From positions 186,001 through 250,000 of the forward strand of contig CM022668.1 in assembly GCA_012295275.1 (NCBI GenBank): DNA of 64,000 nt, read 5' to 3'. The stretch comes from Chrysomallon squamiferum (taxonomy: Eukaryota > Animalia > Mollusca). A program made the translations under genes and the position numbers. The notes under the pieces are model-generated. The model saw nothing but the letters and a program-made list of their open reading frames with translations. It was not told the DNA's origin and searched no databases. Positions within the stretch are counted from its first letter, which is position 1; each line of letters opens with the position of its first letter. Positions 39,618-52,300 of this stretch are shown here, one piece after another.

Positions 39618-41363
39618 GAAAATAAATAAGATAAAATAAACAATGAAAAATAAATAAAAACACATACCTACATATATAACATATAGAAAGATATACACAT
39701 ACATACATACATACATACATATAAGCACAAACAATTTCGTTATTAGTGACTTACTTCTATGTTTCTGGGTGTAAACCAGAAAAGTATTTTATATAATCAT
39801 GTACAGTCAGTATTCACATACTTTTATTTTTGTGAGATTCACAGATGAAGTTATGTACAAAGATTATATTTATACATGTACATGGAAAACAAAAACAGGT
39901 GTACCTTTCACATACCTATAACATTAATAACATATAATAAATAAATAAATAAATAAATAAACACAATGAAAAAAATTGTTCATTCTGTTGTCATTATATT
40001 TAAATAATTTCATTTATTTTATTTTATTTTATTTTTTTATTTGTACATTTTATCATTTATTATTATTTTTTTGTTTTAATAATTTTATCAGTAACCGGCA
40101 ATGTTTTAAAAACATGACTAACATTATGAAATTAAATAGTTTTCTTTTATTTCTTCAATGTATTTACTCTGGTCTTCGTTTTTGTTTTTCATCTGTTTCT
40201 CATTTTATTGTTATTATTATTTATTGTTTGCTGTTTTTTTCTTTGTTTTCCCCTGTTTTATATTTTTGCTCTTTCCTTAAGCAATTTGTTTACTAGAGCA
40301 CTTATACAAATTTATTCATTTATAGCAAATGGAACATCATTTAAATTTCTCTCTCTCTCTCTCACACACACACAACCTCCTTCCCTATCTCTCTGTCTCT
40401 CTCACACTCATACACCCTTTATCTACCTGTATGTATCTATATCTAATCTCCATGTATTTCTCTGAATCCATAACTATTAATATAAATATATAAATAAACA
40501 CACATACATATTCATAAACACATGCACATACATACAGATAGATAGATAGATAGATATACATATACAGATACATATACTCGCAAATAAAATAATAAAATAA
40601 TTAAAAAGTATAAACTGACTTAACAAAGATTCGTCCTTATATAAAAGCTGTAGTTATAGATTACATCAAAGTATTGTTGACATCAAACATTAAGCCTAAC
40701 AATGTAATGATGAAGTGAAAAGAAAATTGAATGAAAGATTAATATATTTGTTTATTTAGTTACTTATTTACTGACTTACTAATTTAACTACTTACATACT
40801 TCCTAATTTATTTATTTGTTTAAATATTTTCGAGGAATATATTTCTAAGAATAAAACAGAATATAATTATATTATAATTGTTTATGCTTTTGCTGCTGCT
40901 TTTGTTATTATTGTTGTTGTTTATTAATTAATTCATTTACTTTCTTACTTGTTTTAAAAAGATACACGAATCCATATGCTCCCTCTCTCTCTCTCTTATA
41001 GTATTCATTCCCCCATTATATTATTTCTATAACAATGTCATTGTTGTTGCTGCTGAGGCTATATTGTTTCTGTTGTTATTTTTATTATTGTTGTTATTAT
41101 GATGATGATTATTATTATTATAGTTTTGTCACTGTTATTCTTATTATAAATAAGTGGTAGAAGTAGCATTAATTTATTTTATTTATTTATTAATCAATTA
41201 CTTTCTTATTCATTAATTCTGTTACTTATTCATTAATTATTTTATTATTTATTAATTTATTTATTTATTCATTAATTCATTTAGTGGTCTGAGTTTTCTT
41301 GTATCCTACATAACGTTCATGTTGGAAAGTTTAAGTAAGCTTTCTTGGACAAGCACAATCCAG

Positions 41364-41461
41364 TCAACTTTTACAGCAATGTGACCGTCTTTTAGATGTG
41401 CTCCCAGTCAGCTTGATGCTGTCTTCTTTCGCTTTCTTATTTTTTTTACACAAAGTCTTTG
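41364..41461 (-). CDS. Rab exon 5 (hypervariable tail, CCXX)
   Basis: [32 protein letters not shown]; acceptor TTTCAG. Confidence 0.92.
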
Positions 41462-41897
41462 CTGAAATAGAAATTATTTACATATATAATTATTTCGGTA
41501 TATTAAAAAGAAAAGAAAGAAATTATATATTTTTAAATACTAGATGATCATGAGTGAGCATGGTTAACATATTTTAAGAACTTATTTCACAGACAACAGA
41601 TTTAAATGTCATATTATTTATAAAACATATCCTATTACAACTTAATTGTTAATCTATTCCTTACTGAATTTAATTATTTACTCAAGATGGTTACAGTCAC
41701 ATATACACTCACATGAGTACATACATACAAAAACACACACACATAGATACATATATACACATACATGCATGCATACATACATACATACACGCTCAAGTAT
41801 ACATATACATACACACAATACATAAATACATGCATACAGACATACATACATACACATACGTAGAAACACACAGTAAGTACACACATACATATATAAA

Positions 41898-41943
<46 letters not shown>

Positions 41944-43292
41944 GATAGGCACAAAACACACACATATACATAAATACATACAAACATACATGCTATTACT
42001 ACAATTTTACCAAGGTTATTAAAAAGGTTGTCAACGTTGTAACCTGTCAGTGCTGATGTCTCAATAAATGGATATTCATATTCTGCAGCTAAAGTATTTC
42101 CCTCCTAATACAAGATGAATAGATAAGAGTCAGATATAGATAAATAAATTCTAACATTTTAAAAGAGCAAATCTTAAATATTACAATTTTATTTTTCACA
42201 TTGGAACAGCTAATAACTTTTATTAGTAACCAAAAATATGCCTCATTAATAATACATAATAATGCTATATTAATACATCTATCTATCTAAATATCTATAT
42301 GTATATGTATATCTGTATATCTACCTATCTAATCTATCTATCTTATATAATCTATATATCTGCTTATTTATTTTTTATTTATATATTTTTATTATGATTT
42401 AATTATTTACTTATTTTAATTTTCTAACTAATTTATTTTTTTCCTTCGTCTGTTGTCTGATTTGAGGATCAAATTCGACACAATTCCCATTTAATGTCAT
42501 GCGAGTGCTCTTCACTATTTACTAGTCAGACGACATAATTATTGTGACGTCATTCTTACTTCGAATGTTAAAACTCTCTTTGTGCTGCAGTCTTGCTTGT
42601 TTCCAACTATTACAACAACAGCTTCTGGAATAACATTTCTGACGTCACTGACAAATCGGTTTACTTTGTTAAAACTATCCTGAAATTTTAAAATGATTAA
42701 TATCAGATGTTGTTGTTGTTGTTGACTTTGTTAATGCCTTTATTTACACTTGAATTTTTTTTTATTTTTTTTTTTTTTTTTTGGGGGGGTGTTGTAATTG
42801 GTGATTATTCTGATTCACTACTCCATCATTGATAATACTAGTGGTGCTGTTTTATTACTGTTGCACTGTTGTTATTCTTGTTATTATTATTTTTCGTGTT
42901 CCTGTTATCTTGTTCAAGTTTTGTTTTTGTACTTATTGTCATTTTATCAGAATTTTCTGTTTCGTGGATCATTTATTGTTGAGATGGTGGATATGTTTGT
43001 GATATATCCAAGATGAATATATAATTAACATATTTATGTCTCAAAACATTAATCTGAAATTACAAACTGTGCAAATTCTGCATTTAGCATTAACCGTATT
43101 AGAATAAATATTGAATTCTGCTCATACCCTTCTTGTGACGTCATATACAACAATGGCAGCAGCTGCTCGCCTCAGAAAGGCAACATTCATGCTACTAAAC
43201 CTCTCCTGACCTGCAGTATCCCAAATCTGCAGAATAATAGGCTTATCCATGTCTGGCAAATTAATCTTGACACTAGCAAAGTCCACTATGAA

Positions 43293-43332
<40 letters not shown>

Positions 43333-44055
43333 ATGATGATGATGATGATTATTATTATTATTAATAATTTAGTTAATATTGCTCTTAATAAAGTATATAT
43401 GATTATATTTCTGTTGTTAAAATTTACATCTTAGTTTAATAATATAATTCATTTCTATCTACTTATCCATCTATTTATCTATTTTTCCCTATCTATAGAT
43501 CCTTCTCTCTATATATAATACATACACATACTCAGAGAAACATACACTTAGACAGAGAGACGGTGATGTATATATTTTACAAATTATCTATCTATCCACC
43601 TATCTCTGATTCAATAGTCAGCTGAGGTTTTACTTAATTTTCTGCTAAATTTTATTGTTCTGCTAGTAATGCAAAAATACAAAAACATATAAACTAATAA
43701 AGACATACTATATATGTATATTAAATAAAAAATTGTTTAATACTTGGAAAAGCATGATGGTAGATGTAGATAAAATGTGTGCAAGCACACACACAAACTT
43801 AAAATTATGAGGATATGTTTTATGTTAATCCCGTTTGTTAATATGTACTGAATTTTTCTTCTCTTTTTTTTCCTTTATGGCTGAATACCTACCTTGTGTT
43901 GTGGGTTGTTCGCTTTTGTTGAATTTCTTGTAACAAAATTTATTTACTAAACTAGTTTTGCCAACATTGGAAGTGCCGACTAAAACTACTTTAGCATAAG
44001 CGACTTCTTCAAATTCTTTTAAAACGGACGAACGTAAAATACCTGCTGTCATCAT
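41364..44055 (-). CDS. Divergent Rab-family small GTPase, complete 210-aa CDS in 5 exons: 44055-43893, 43285-43128, 42679-42560, 42104-42011, 41461-41364
   Basis: All introns are GT-AG and phases join without stops (633 nt). G1 [10 protein letters not shown]2 PTT, G3 WDTAGQE, G4 GNKQD, G5 ETSAL, and a C-terminal CCKS prenylation signal. The subfamily cannot be assigned by eye. Confidence 0.93.
42011..42104 (-). CDS. Rab exon 4 (G5)
   Basis: [31 protein letters not shown]; acceptor TTAG, donor GTAAA. Confidence 0.93.
42560..42679 (-). CDS. Rab exon 3 (G4)
   Basis: [40 protein letters not shown]; acceptor TTTCAG, donor GTAAG. Confidence 0.93.
43128..43285 (-). CDS. Rab exon 2 (G3, switch II)
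   Basis: VDFASVKI...[35 protein letters not shown]; acceptor CATAG, donor GTATGA. Confidence 0.93.
43893..44055 (-). CDS. Rab exon 1 (P-loop, switch I)
   Basis: MMTAG...[19 protein letters not shown]...EQPTTQ; donor G|GTAGGT. Confidence 0.9.
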
Positions 44056-45769
44056 TTATTTGAGAATGTTCGTAGTAATAGCTGTAATAAATTATTTAAA
44101 AATAAAATATCAATTTTATAGTCCATTATTTTATTTTATTTTATTTTATTTTATTTTATTTTATTTTATTTTATTTTATTTCTTTAAATTATATAAAAAG
44201 CAAATCATATTAATTGCAGTAAAAAAAAAAAAAAATTGTTAAACTGCATGAATTTTGTCATGTTTATATATATAATACAAGTATTTTATAATTTATGGAA
44301 ATAAATATAGTTCCATCCCCAGTTTATCACGTCATCAGATCTTGCACTACATACAGTTATTGCAGGATATATATAGAGATATAATTTTGATAGGCCCATT
44401 TTAAATCAGCTCGAAATATTTATTATTCTTTGTTACAATAGAAAATGAAAAGAACTACAATAATTTAAATCTGTTTAGGTTCGACAAATAATTTTTTTCT
44501 TTAATAACAGTTAAAAAAAAACACCTAAGGAAACCCCTTTCCCTTATCACAGTGTTGTATATTTTCAATTCAGACATGAACAAAATTTAAACAGGCTATT
44601 ATGGTAATAAGAGAAAACTCAAGAAAAAAAAAGTGTTCAGTTTACCTCTGATCTTTTTTTTCACACCATTATGTAAAAATATGTAATTACCAGATTAAAC
44701 TGTCAAGTCTAAATTTAGTATTTGTTTTCTTCCTGAAATCGGAGAAAAATTAACGAGCTAAAAATAGGTCATTGTGTTTTGGATTTGTTATACGATATGT
44801 AATTACGTGTGTGAGTTTATGACAGCTGAGTAAGATAAACAAGTATAATTATACATCAAAAACTAGTTAATTTTAATTACAAGAAAACTGACAAATGCTA
44901 GTAATAAAAATGTCTGACTTTACTCTGAAAAGAAAACCGGACGTACACTCGAAACTAAAAAGGTGAGGGATGCTGTCCCCTTGTGTATTATCTCCTCATT
45001 TCCATTATTGTACAAACCTTGACATGATCATATAATTATTTATATATGCCTGAATCTACTGATAATGTCGAGTAACCAATGACAAAGCAATCAATAGAGG
45101 AACACTACCGGGTTTGGTTTGACAGATAAAATAAAACTTTAACTATAAACCGAGGGGTTAGAGCCAGAAGATCTTAAGTTCGAAATTATTATATTATCAT
45201 AACAGTATATGTGATAGAGACAGTAATAGCAGTAGTAGTAGAATGACTACAGCAATAGTATCAATATCATTTTTATTAATAGCATCAACATCATCATCTT
45301 TATAATTATCATTATTATCAGTATCCACATTATCGTCATCATCATCATCATTACTATTTGTGCAAGCGATAGTATTGTACTTAATGTGTTAATACACTAA
45401 TGTTAAATGTGTCATAAATCTGACATTTGATGTTTTATTTACTCCATCAACTGTTTAAATCAGAATAACATGATTCGTCCTTTAAAGCGTCACTATACTT
45501 ATTTTCTACCTATTCATCTAAACATTCCACATATAGACAGATATATATATACGTACGTACGTACATACAAACATACGTAAACAGATATATACAAATAATA
45601 CATGATGCATATACACACATTAATTTAACACAATATACATATAAACAAGAATACATACATACCTCAGCACAGATGTATATTCTATTATATATATACATAC
45701 ACACACATACACGCAAACTGATACGAATAGACAAAACAATACCACCTAAACTTACATTACTTCCTTCTT

Positions 45770-46100
45770 TCTGATCGTCAGGTAATCGTTGCCAAAATCT
45801 ACCATCTCTTATTCTCTCGCGCAATAAAATACAACACTAATCAGGAACACGTTTGATCACTCGGTAGAACATGTCAACAACTCTATCTCTCACATTTCAT
45901 ATTTCAGCGGCAGACAAGAACAATATTCCCGAGAATTCCTGTAAAATAACTGATGTCGGAAGTTCGTTCTCGCTCTCGTATCAGTGACCTATTTTTTTAA
46001 TGCCATACGGTGAATTCGATTGGTTGATGGATTATACTCGTCAGCGTGTGTACACAAACATGCAAGTGTAATCCCTCCCTCGACTAGTCGAATGTACGCA
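45770..46100 (-). promoter_or_regulatory. CpG-retaining island upstream of the Rab gene, possible promoter or first non-coding exon
   Basis: Local CpG enrichment, CCAAT on the - strand near 46020, a GTAAG donor-like site near 45755, and an AG acceptor ~26 nt before the Rab ATG that implies an upstream UTR exon. Confidence 0.3.
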
Positions 46101-46103
46101 CAC

Positions 46104-46534
46104 CAGGGCGGATTTCCCATATAGGCTTTCTAGGCTAGAGTCCAGGGCGGCAGTTTATGAAAATTGTTACTGGCACAGTTGGGCGCTTTTCTAAGCGATT
46201 TTGCGCTAAATTATCGAGTTGTGCGCTTTGTTAAAAATTGGGCTCTTTTGACCTAATTCAATTAAAGTATTATGACTAAGAATACCTATTGGGGAGAAAC
46301 TTTGAAAAAATACTGATATTTTTTGAGGTGTGTGCTTTTTCAGTAAGAATTTGTGTACTTTTTCATAAGTTATATAAAATCATATATTTCTGTTATGTTT
46401 TAACATTAAAACATAAAGTTCATTTCAGTTTCCAAACAATTTATTTCGTTTCAAAAATGGCTATGAACAAAAACTAACGAATGCACCCGGTGACGTCATA
46501 TAATAATATCTCACTTATTCCGGTTCCCCTAAAC
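46104..46534. mobile_element. Probable terminus of a non-autonomous DNA transposon (hAT-like MITE), cut off by hAT copy 2
   Basis: Begins CAGGGCGGATTTCCCATATAGGCTTTCTAGGCT..CAGGGCGGC, resembling common invertebrate hAT-MITE termini. No matching second TIR was seen in the window. Confidence 0.4.
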
Positions 46535-49369
46535 CAGTGTTTCTCAACCTTTTTTTACTCTCGACATACCTACGAGCGCATGAAACTGTCGCGACACAGT
46601 AATAATTTTAAATATTATATAATGAGATCGTAAAATAAATATATGAACTTGTCTGATACAGTTTATTATGTCAGTATCCCAGAATTGCCACTTACGTAGT
46701 GTGAAACTTGTGCCTGGTGTTGTCTTATGACTTCTTGAATATTTGGTCGTATGTGCGATAAGCAAACTCTCATTTCTTCTTCAGTGGAACGTAGTCTTTC
46801 TCTCTTCTTATTTTTTATATTATTTAAGATTGAAAAGCCCAATTCACACAAATAAGGAGTAGAGAATTGTAAAAGAACTAACAGGGCTTTTTCAGCTAAT
46901 GCGGGAAATTCCTTTTGTATTGAAATCCAAAATGTGTCGATATCTACCTCAGAATGCTTTATTTTAAGACTGCAGTCACTTGAAATGGTAGCCAATTCTT
47001 CTTCTTCGCATAATTTAAACCCAATATTAGAAGGAACATCTACAAAAGGATTACGAACCCAGTGTTCAGCGACGGAAAGTAGTGGTCGATGTTTTCTTCG
47101 AGCGCTGTTAGATGCTCAACCACGATAGGGGTCATTTCTTTAGTGCAGTTAGTACGCATTGTAGGAAACATATCAAACTCACCCAACTTTGCTCTGTTTT
47201 TCCAAATAACAATTTTCTTTTTAAGGGCAACCAATTTATCTGTCGAAGTTAGAATATTTTCGTTTCGACCTTGCATACTACTGTTCACAATATTAAGTTG
47301 ACCAAATATTTCCGTTAAATATTCCATTTTGGCCATCCAAAATTCACATCGAAGATATTTACAAAATCTTTCGTGCTTTTCTTTATCAAAAAATACTATT
47401 AATTCCTTCTGTAATTCATGAACGCGAGTTAACACTTTACCTTTTGACAGCCATCGAACGTCGGTATGCATGAGTAAGCGAACATGTTGAGAATGACAAT
47501 TTCAACTACTTGATGTAACACTTGCTTCAAATCTTCTTGTGATACTTTTGAAACTAAAACTTCTCTATGTAAAAAGCAATGACTACGAACAAGATTTGGA
47601 TTTTCTTTCTGTGCTAGTGTTGCAAAACCTTTAATGCAGCCTACCGTACATGGTGCACCATCAATACAAATACCAACACAAAACTTCCACGTCAAATTCA
47701 TTTTTTTATGATAGCCGGTTATCATATCAAAAATATCTTGACCTCTAGTAGTGGTTGGCCTTTCTTTACAACACAAAAACTGATTGATTATTTCATCGTC
47801 ATTAATGAAACGAACAAATACAAGCAATTGAGCAGTTACTGATATCGGTCGATTCATCAACTATTAAAGCAAATTTAGATCCTTCAAGTTTTTTCTGAAC
47901 ATTAGTTTCAATGTTTTCAGATAAATCTACAATTCTCCTGTGTATTGTATCATTTGAAAGCGGAATTTTACTAATTCTTTTTCAGCTGTTTCGCCTAACA
48001 TGGATTTCACCATCTTTTTACAAGCGGGAAGGATAACTGACTCAGCAAGAGTGTGGGATTTGGATTTCATTGCTATTATTTCAGCTATCTCAATTGAAGC
48101 GAGTTGAGCCCGTTCAGACACGGTCATTGTTTTCTGAAAAACATTGCGTTGCTTTGATTGCTGTTGTAACAGTCTTTGAAAATAACTAAGATCTTTATCT
48201 TGTAGGTAGGAATGTTTAGTCGTGAAATGTCTTTGTAATTTATTTGGTACCATGGATTCATTGGCCATTTTTTAACCACAAACTATACATAATGGACATG
48301 GTTGAGCAACATCTTCTGACCAAGAAAATCCAAACTTCAAATAATCATCACAATACCGTCTATTATGGTGAACTTTTGCCTTTTTTGTGCTGGATTTTGT
48401 GGGCTTCATTGTATGTTCTGTTTCAACCTCACACCCGTCACTAATCCTTCCTTTTAACAAATTTATCCATTGTGAAGGGGTATTCATAAGCAATTAACAC
48501 GCGCGTACTCTAACCAATAATAGTAAACAAAAGGCAGTGTTAAACTGATCCGTGTGTCAACGGTCAACCTCCTGTGTCAAACTGGAACATTAAGTAGTGT
48601 TCCAATTTTTTTTCACTCTATCACCTTCTGAAATATATGGTAAAAACTAACCTTTATTCTACCAATGCAATAACAAAAACTGAATATCCTTATTTAATTA
48701 ATTCACCATGTGATTTAACTCAAGTGTTGCGAGCTAAAAACAATAGTTTGAAAGTGCGTGAACAACACTGATTCTGAGCTAAACAAATTGAAAAATATGC
48801 AAGCACAGAAAACAGCGTTCAGTTCTAGTTATGATTAGTCACAAGCTAATTTAGTTCAAATTCATCTGTAATTTAGAGGTCAAAATTGAGTGTGCAGTAC
48901 GATTGAATTCGATGTAAGTAAATAGTAAACACTGTTAACTGAACAGATTTGCCGAGACGACAGATTTGCAAAGTCTGTTCTAACTAGCATAATTTCTTAA
49001 CTAAATACACCTAGTTAGCTACATCTCTTTACTAATAAGTGTTTAAGAATGACAATAATTTAAAACACAGCGAAGTTAATTCGGCAATCGGCATTACGCA
49101 CGCTCACACACGACCAGTGCGGAACAACATCACACACACAACCTATCACACTGACGTCTCATGGGCAACTGATCGACCTTGAGCGAAAGGTGCAAAGGTT
49201 GGTGGCGGCCACTGATTGGTGGACTTTGAATGTGTGCATATTCACTGGAGAAAGGAAGTTGCTTCCTCCAAGGCATATTAGTAGAACATGAAACGGAGAT
49301 TTATGCACATTGTCCGTGTTTTCAGGTGTTCGTCACAAAGTTTCGCGACACGGCGGTTAAAAATCACTG
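46535..49369 (-). mobile_element. hAT Buster/Charlie transposon, copy 2 (inverted relative to copy 1), defective
   Basis: Near-identical reverse complement of 27772-30632. TIRs are CAGTGTTTCTCAACC at 46535 and GGTTAAAAATCACTG ending at 49369. ORFs 46666..46995, 47040..47471, 47429..47860, 47927..48268 and 48272..48493 are transposase pieces. Confidence 0.97.
46680..48487 (-). pseudogene. Buster-family transposase pseudogene (copy 2)
   Basis: Same motifs and shared lesions as copy 1, plus private frameshifts. Confidence 0.93.
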
Positions 49370-52300
49370 GTCTATACAGTCTGTCTCTCTTATGTATAAA
49401 CAAATACGTTCTTCTTGAAAGCTGTAATTCCTTCAAATATTCTAAATATTTATATATATATATATATTAAATGAAAAAACAAAAGTAAATTCTTTGTTAT
49501 GTTATTTTATTCACTTCACAACAAATTGCATATTATCTTATGTACATATGCACAAGTAAAACTAAACTGTAATTATATGCTGCAGGCATCTGAATTTTTA
49601 TCTTATTTTTTTATGTATGATAATATTAAAATTATAACAACCACTTTCAATGATTTTGAATGTTTATAAACTTATAAGAGACAAAACCTTTCATTTCTTA
49701 AGGTAATTGCACTGTTTATTACATTTTAATTATAATGTAATATAGAAAATGTATACATTTCGACATTCATGATAATAATTTTACAATTTAACTTAACTGT
49801 TTAAAACGTGAAGTTCATTTAAAATTACATTTTACTAATTCTTGACTCATTATCAAAATCAGTCTTCTAAAATAATTTTTAAAAAGAGTTTTCTATTAAA
49901 CACTTTTTAAAAGAATTAAAAAACAGAACAACAGAGTACAATATAATTAATTATACATTTGTAATTTAAATTATTTAATTAAAAACATGTTTCATAGCAT
50001 GAAATCTGTCAATAGGAAATAATTCATGACACTATAATTATTAAAGAAATCTTTTTATAGTATTTTTCAAAAGGCAGAATATATATATATTAACAAAAAT
50101 TCAAAGAATGTTATCTAAAACTGTGCAAAGATCATCTATTATATGTAGTATGTGACACAAATTAATAAATAAATTAATAAAAATAAATTACAATTTGGCA
50201 CCAGGCCAAAACAAAATTCTTAAAAAAATAAATTTACTCCAAGACAATTAGTATTTTGTATTCTAAACAATATTAATAAAGTTCATTGATATTTAAAAAA
50301 AATATTTTTCTGGAAGAATCCGATATAAAAAGAAAATGTAAAGAGGGGGAATATAATTCAAACGTTTTTTATAATTTCTGTAATTAATTCTTTTTAATTT
50401 ATTTATTTAATAGCACAGTCTGGGTTGATTTTTAAAACTAAAAAGTCTGATGATTATCTGTCAGTGAATGGAATGTATCTAAACTTATTAATATGTGTTT
50501 GGGAATGCATCATGAAATGTCCTGTTGATGATATTATGTACTAAAACAAAATCCAATGACAGCTACATAATGTAGTGTCTACATTTTTTGATACTTGTTT
50601 AATTTCCAGTTCTTCATTATTCTTAAACTTTTCATAAAGTGTTTAGTTGAACATATCGGCCCCATTTAATCTCATTGTTTTTGAATTATTAAATATTTAG
50701 AATTAATGTTGGAAAGTATCAATATATTTTTACTGAATACCTATCAGTAATTAAATTAGCTGTAGCAAACAAAATAATTCTAATTTTATTGGCAGATAAC
50801 ACACACATTTTGAGTAGCTGAATATGCTGTTAGTACTTGCTTCTGTTTAAAAAAAATAATAAATAAATAAAATAAAATAATCTTAATACATCTTTCAACC
50901 AATGAAATTAGTTAATACAGTAATCACAAAAATGGTTGCTTTCCATTACGATGACGTGAATGGTTTTTGTACAGTGAATGAAAATGTATGAGTTAAAATA
51001 AAAATTGAGCATCTTCTTCATTGATATTAAAAAAGAGACTAGAATTTGAAATTAATTAAATTAATAAATTTAAAATAATCAAAAATAAATGACTGTAATA
51101 TAATAATAATAATGTCATGATAGACAAAGATAGGTTTTTTTTTTTTTAAGTCATATGGTTTTTCAATTTATTTTAATAATGCTTGAAATGCTGGTGTGTG
51201 TATATACCTGTTATGTATGTCTGTAAAATGAGTGTGTGTATGTGTGGGTGTGCAAGTATACAAAGTGTGTATGTAGATATGTAAATCAGTAACTAAATAA
51301 AATATTAACATCATTAATACTTAATTTTGTTTGAAACTTTAACTACAAATAAAGTAGAACTGCTGAAACTGCCACTGCATTAATGACATGTGATGAGTCA
51401 TTTTTTAATATCTTTGGTTTACTCAGAAACCTAATGATGTACATGGGACCAGCCCAAGTTATTTTGATTTAGATACAAACTTCAAACAAAATATATTAAA
51501 TGAAAAATGTTCACTTTAAATTTCAAGTATAGTTCAAATCCTTTTGAATTATAGTAGTTCAAAGTCAATCAATTTCAATAAAAGTTGAATTTATATTAAG
51601 CTACAAATAAAAATTCAATGATTTCTCATAATGTATTTAATATTTTTAATTGTCTAATTAATCTGTATTAAAGTTCATAAATGAGATCAAAATGAAATAT
51701 ATTCATATATTAAATTTAAATTTAAAAAATTCAATATCATCAACTGTAAAAGGGTTAACATTTTTACTTTAAAAAAAGAAAATTAATTTCAGAATGTAAC
51801 AGATTCATGTGAAAATTGAGACAATGGTCAGTTGTGAGAGAAATATATATAAAAAAAAACATATATATATATATCAGAAATAAAATAAAAAAACAAAAAA
51901 AATTCTGTTTTTAACATAAATACTGCGTATGGGAATATCACCTGAACTGATAAATTGTAACTGGATGGTGGTACAACTGGATACTTCGTAACTGAGTAAA
52001 CTTTCTAACTCACTAATTCTGAACAATAACTGTTAACAAATATACACATCTTTGGGCCCTGACATAGTTTCTAAAATAATAATTTGATAATAAAAAATAA
52101 CAGAATAAGCTGATATCTAAATATAATGAAACTTATTTATGTTAATTAGATACTATAACTTCAATAAAGATAAAGCTTATTAAATATCAAATATCAATAT
52201 TACACCATATATGACTAGATTTGTAGATTTAAATTATATTAATATTAAACAAACTAAATAATTATAACAATATTGTTTTGTTTAAAAGATCTTGTATAAA

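Noticed and set aside
45510-45824. ORF MRERIRDGRFWQ... as a possible upstream coding exon of the Rab
   Set aside because: An in-frame TAA lies immediately before the Rab ATG, so upstream exons cannot extend the CDS. The rest of the ORF is microsatellite.
27772-49369. Composite transposon carrying the Rab gene as cargo
   Set aside because: The outer flanks (ATCTATGG vs GTCTATAC) are not a TSD, copy 1 has its own TSD inside the Gypsy pol gene, and both outer ends are 5' ends.
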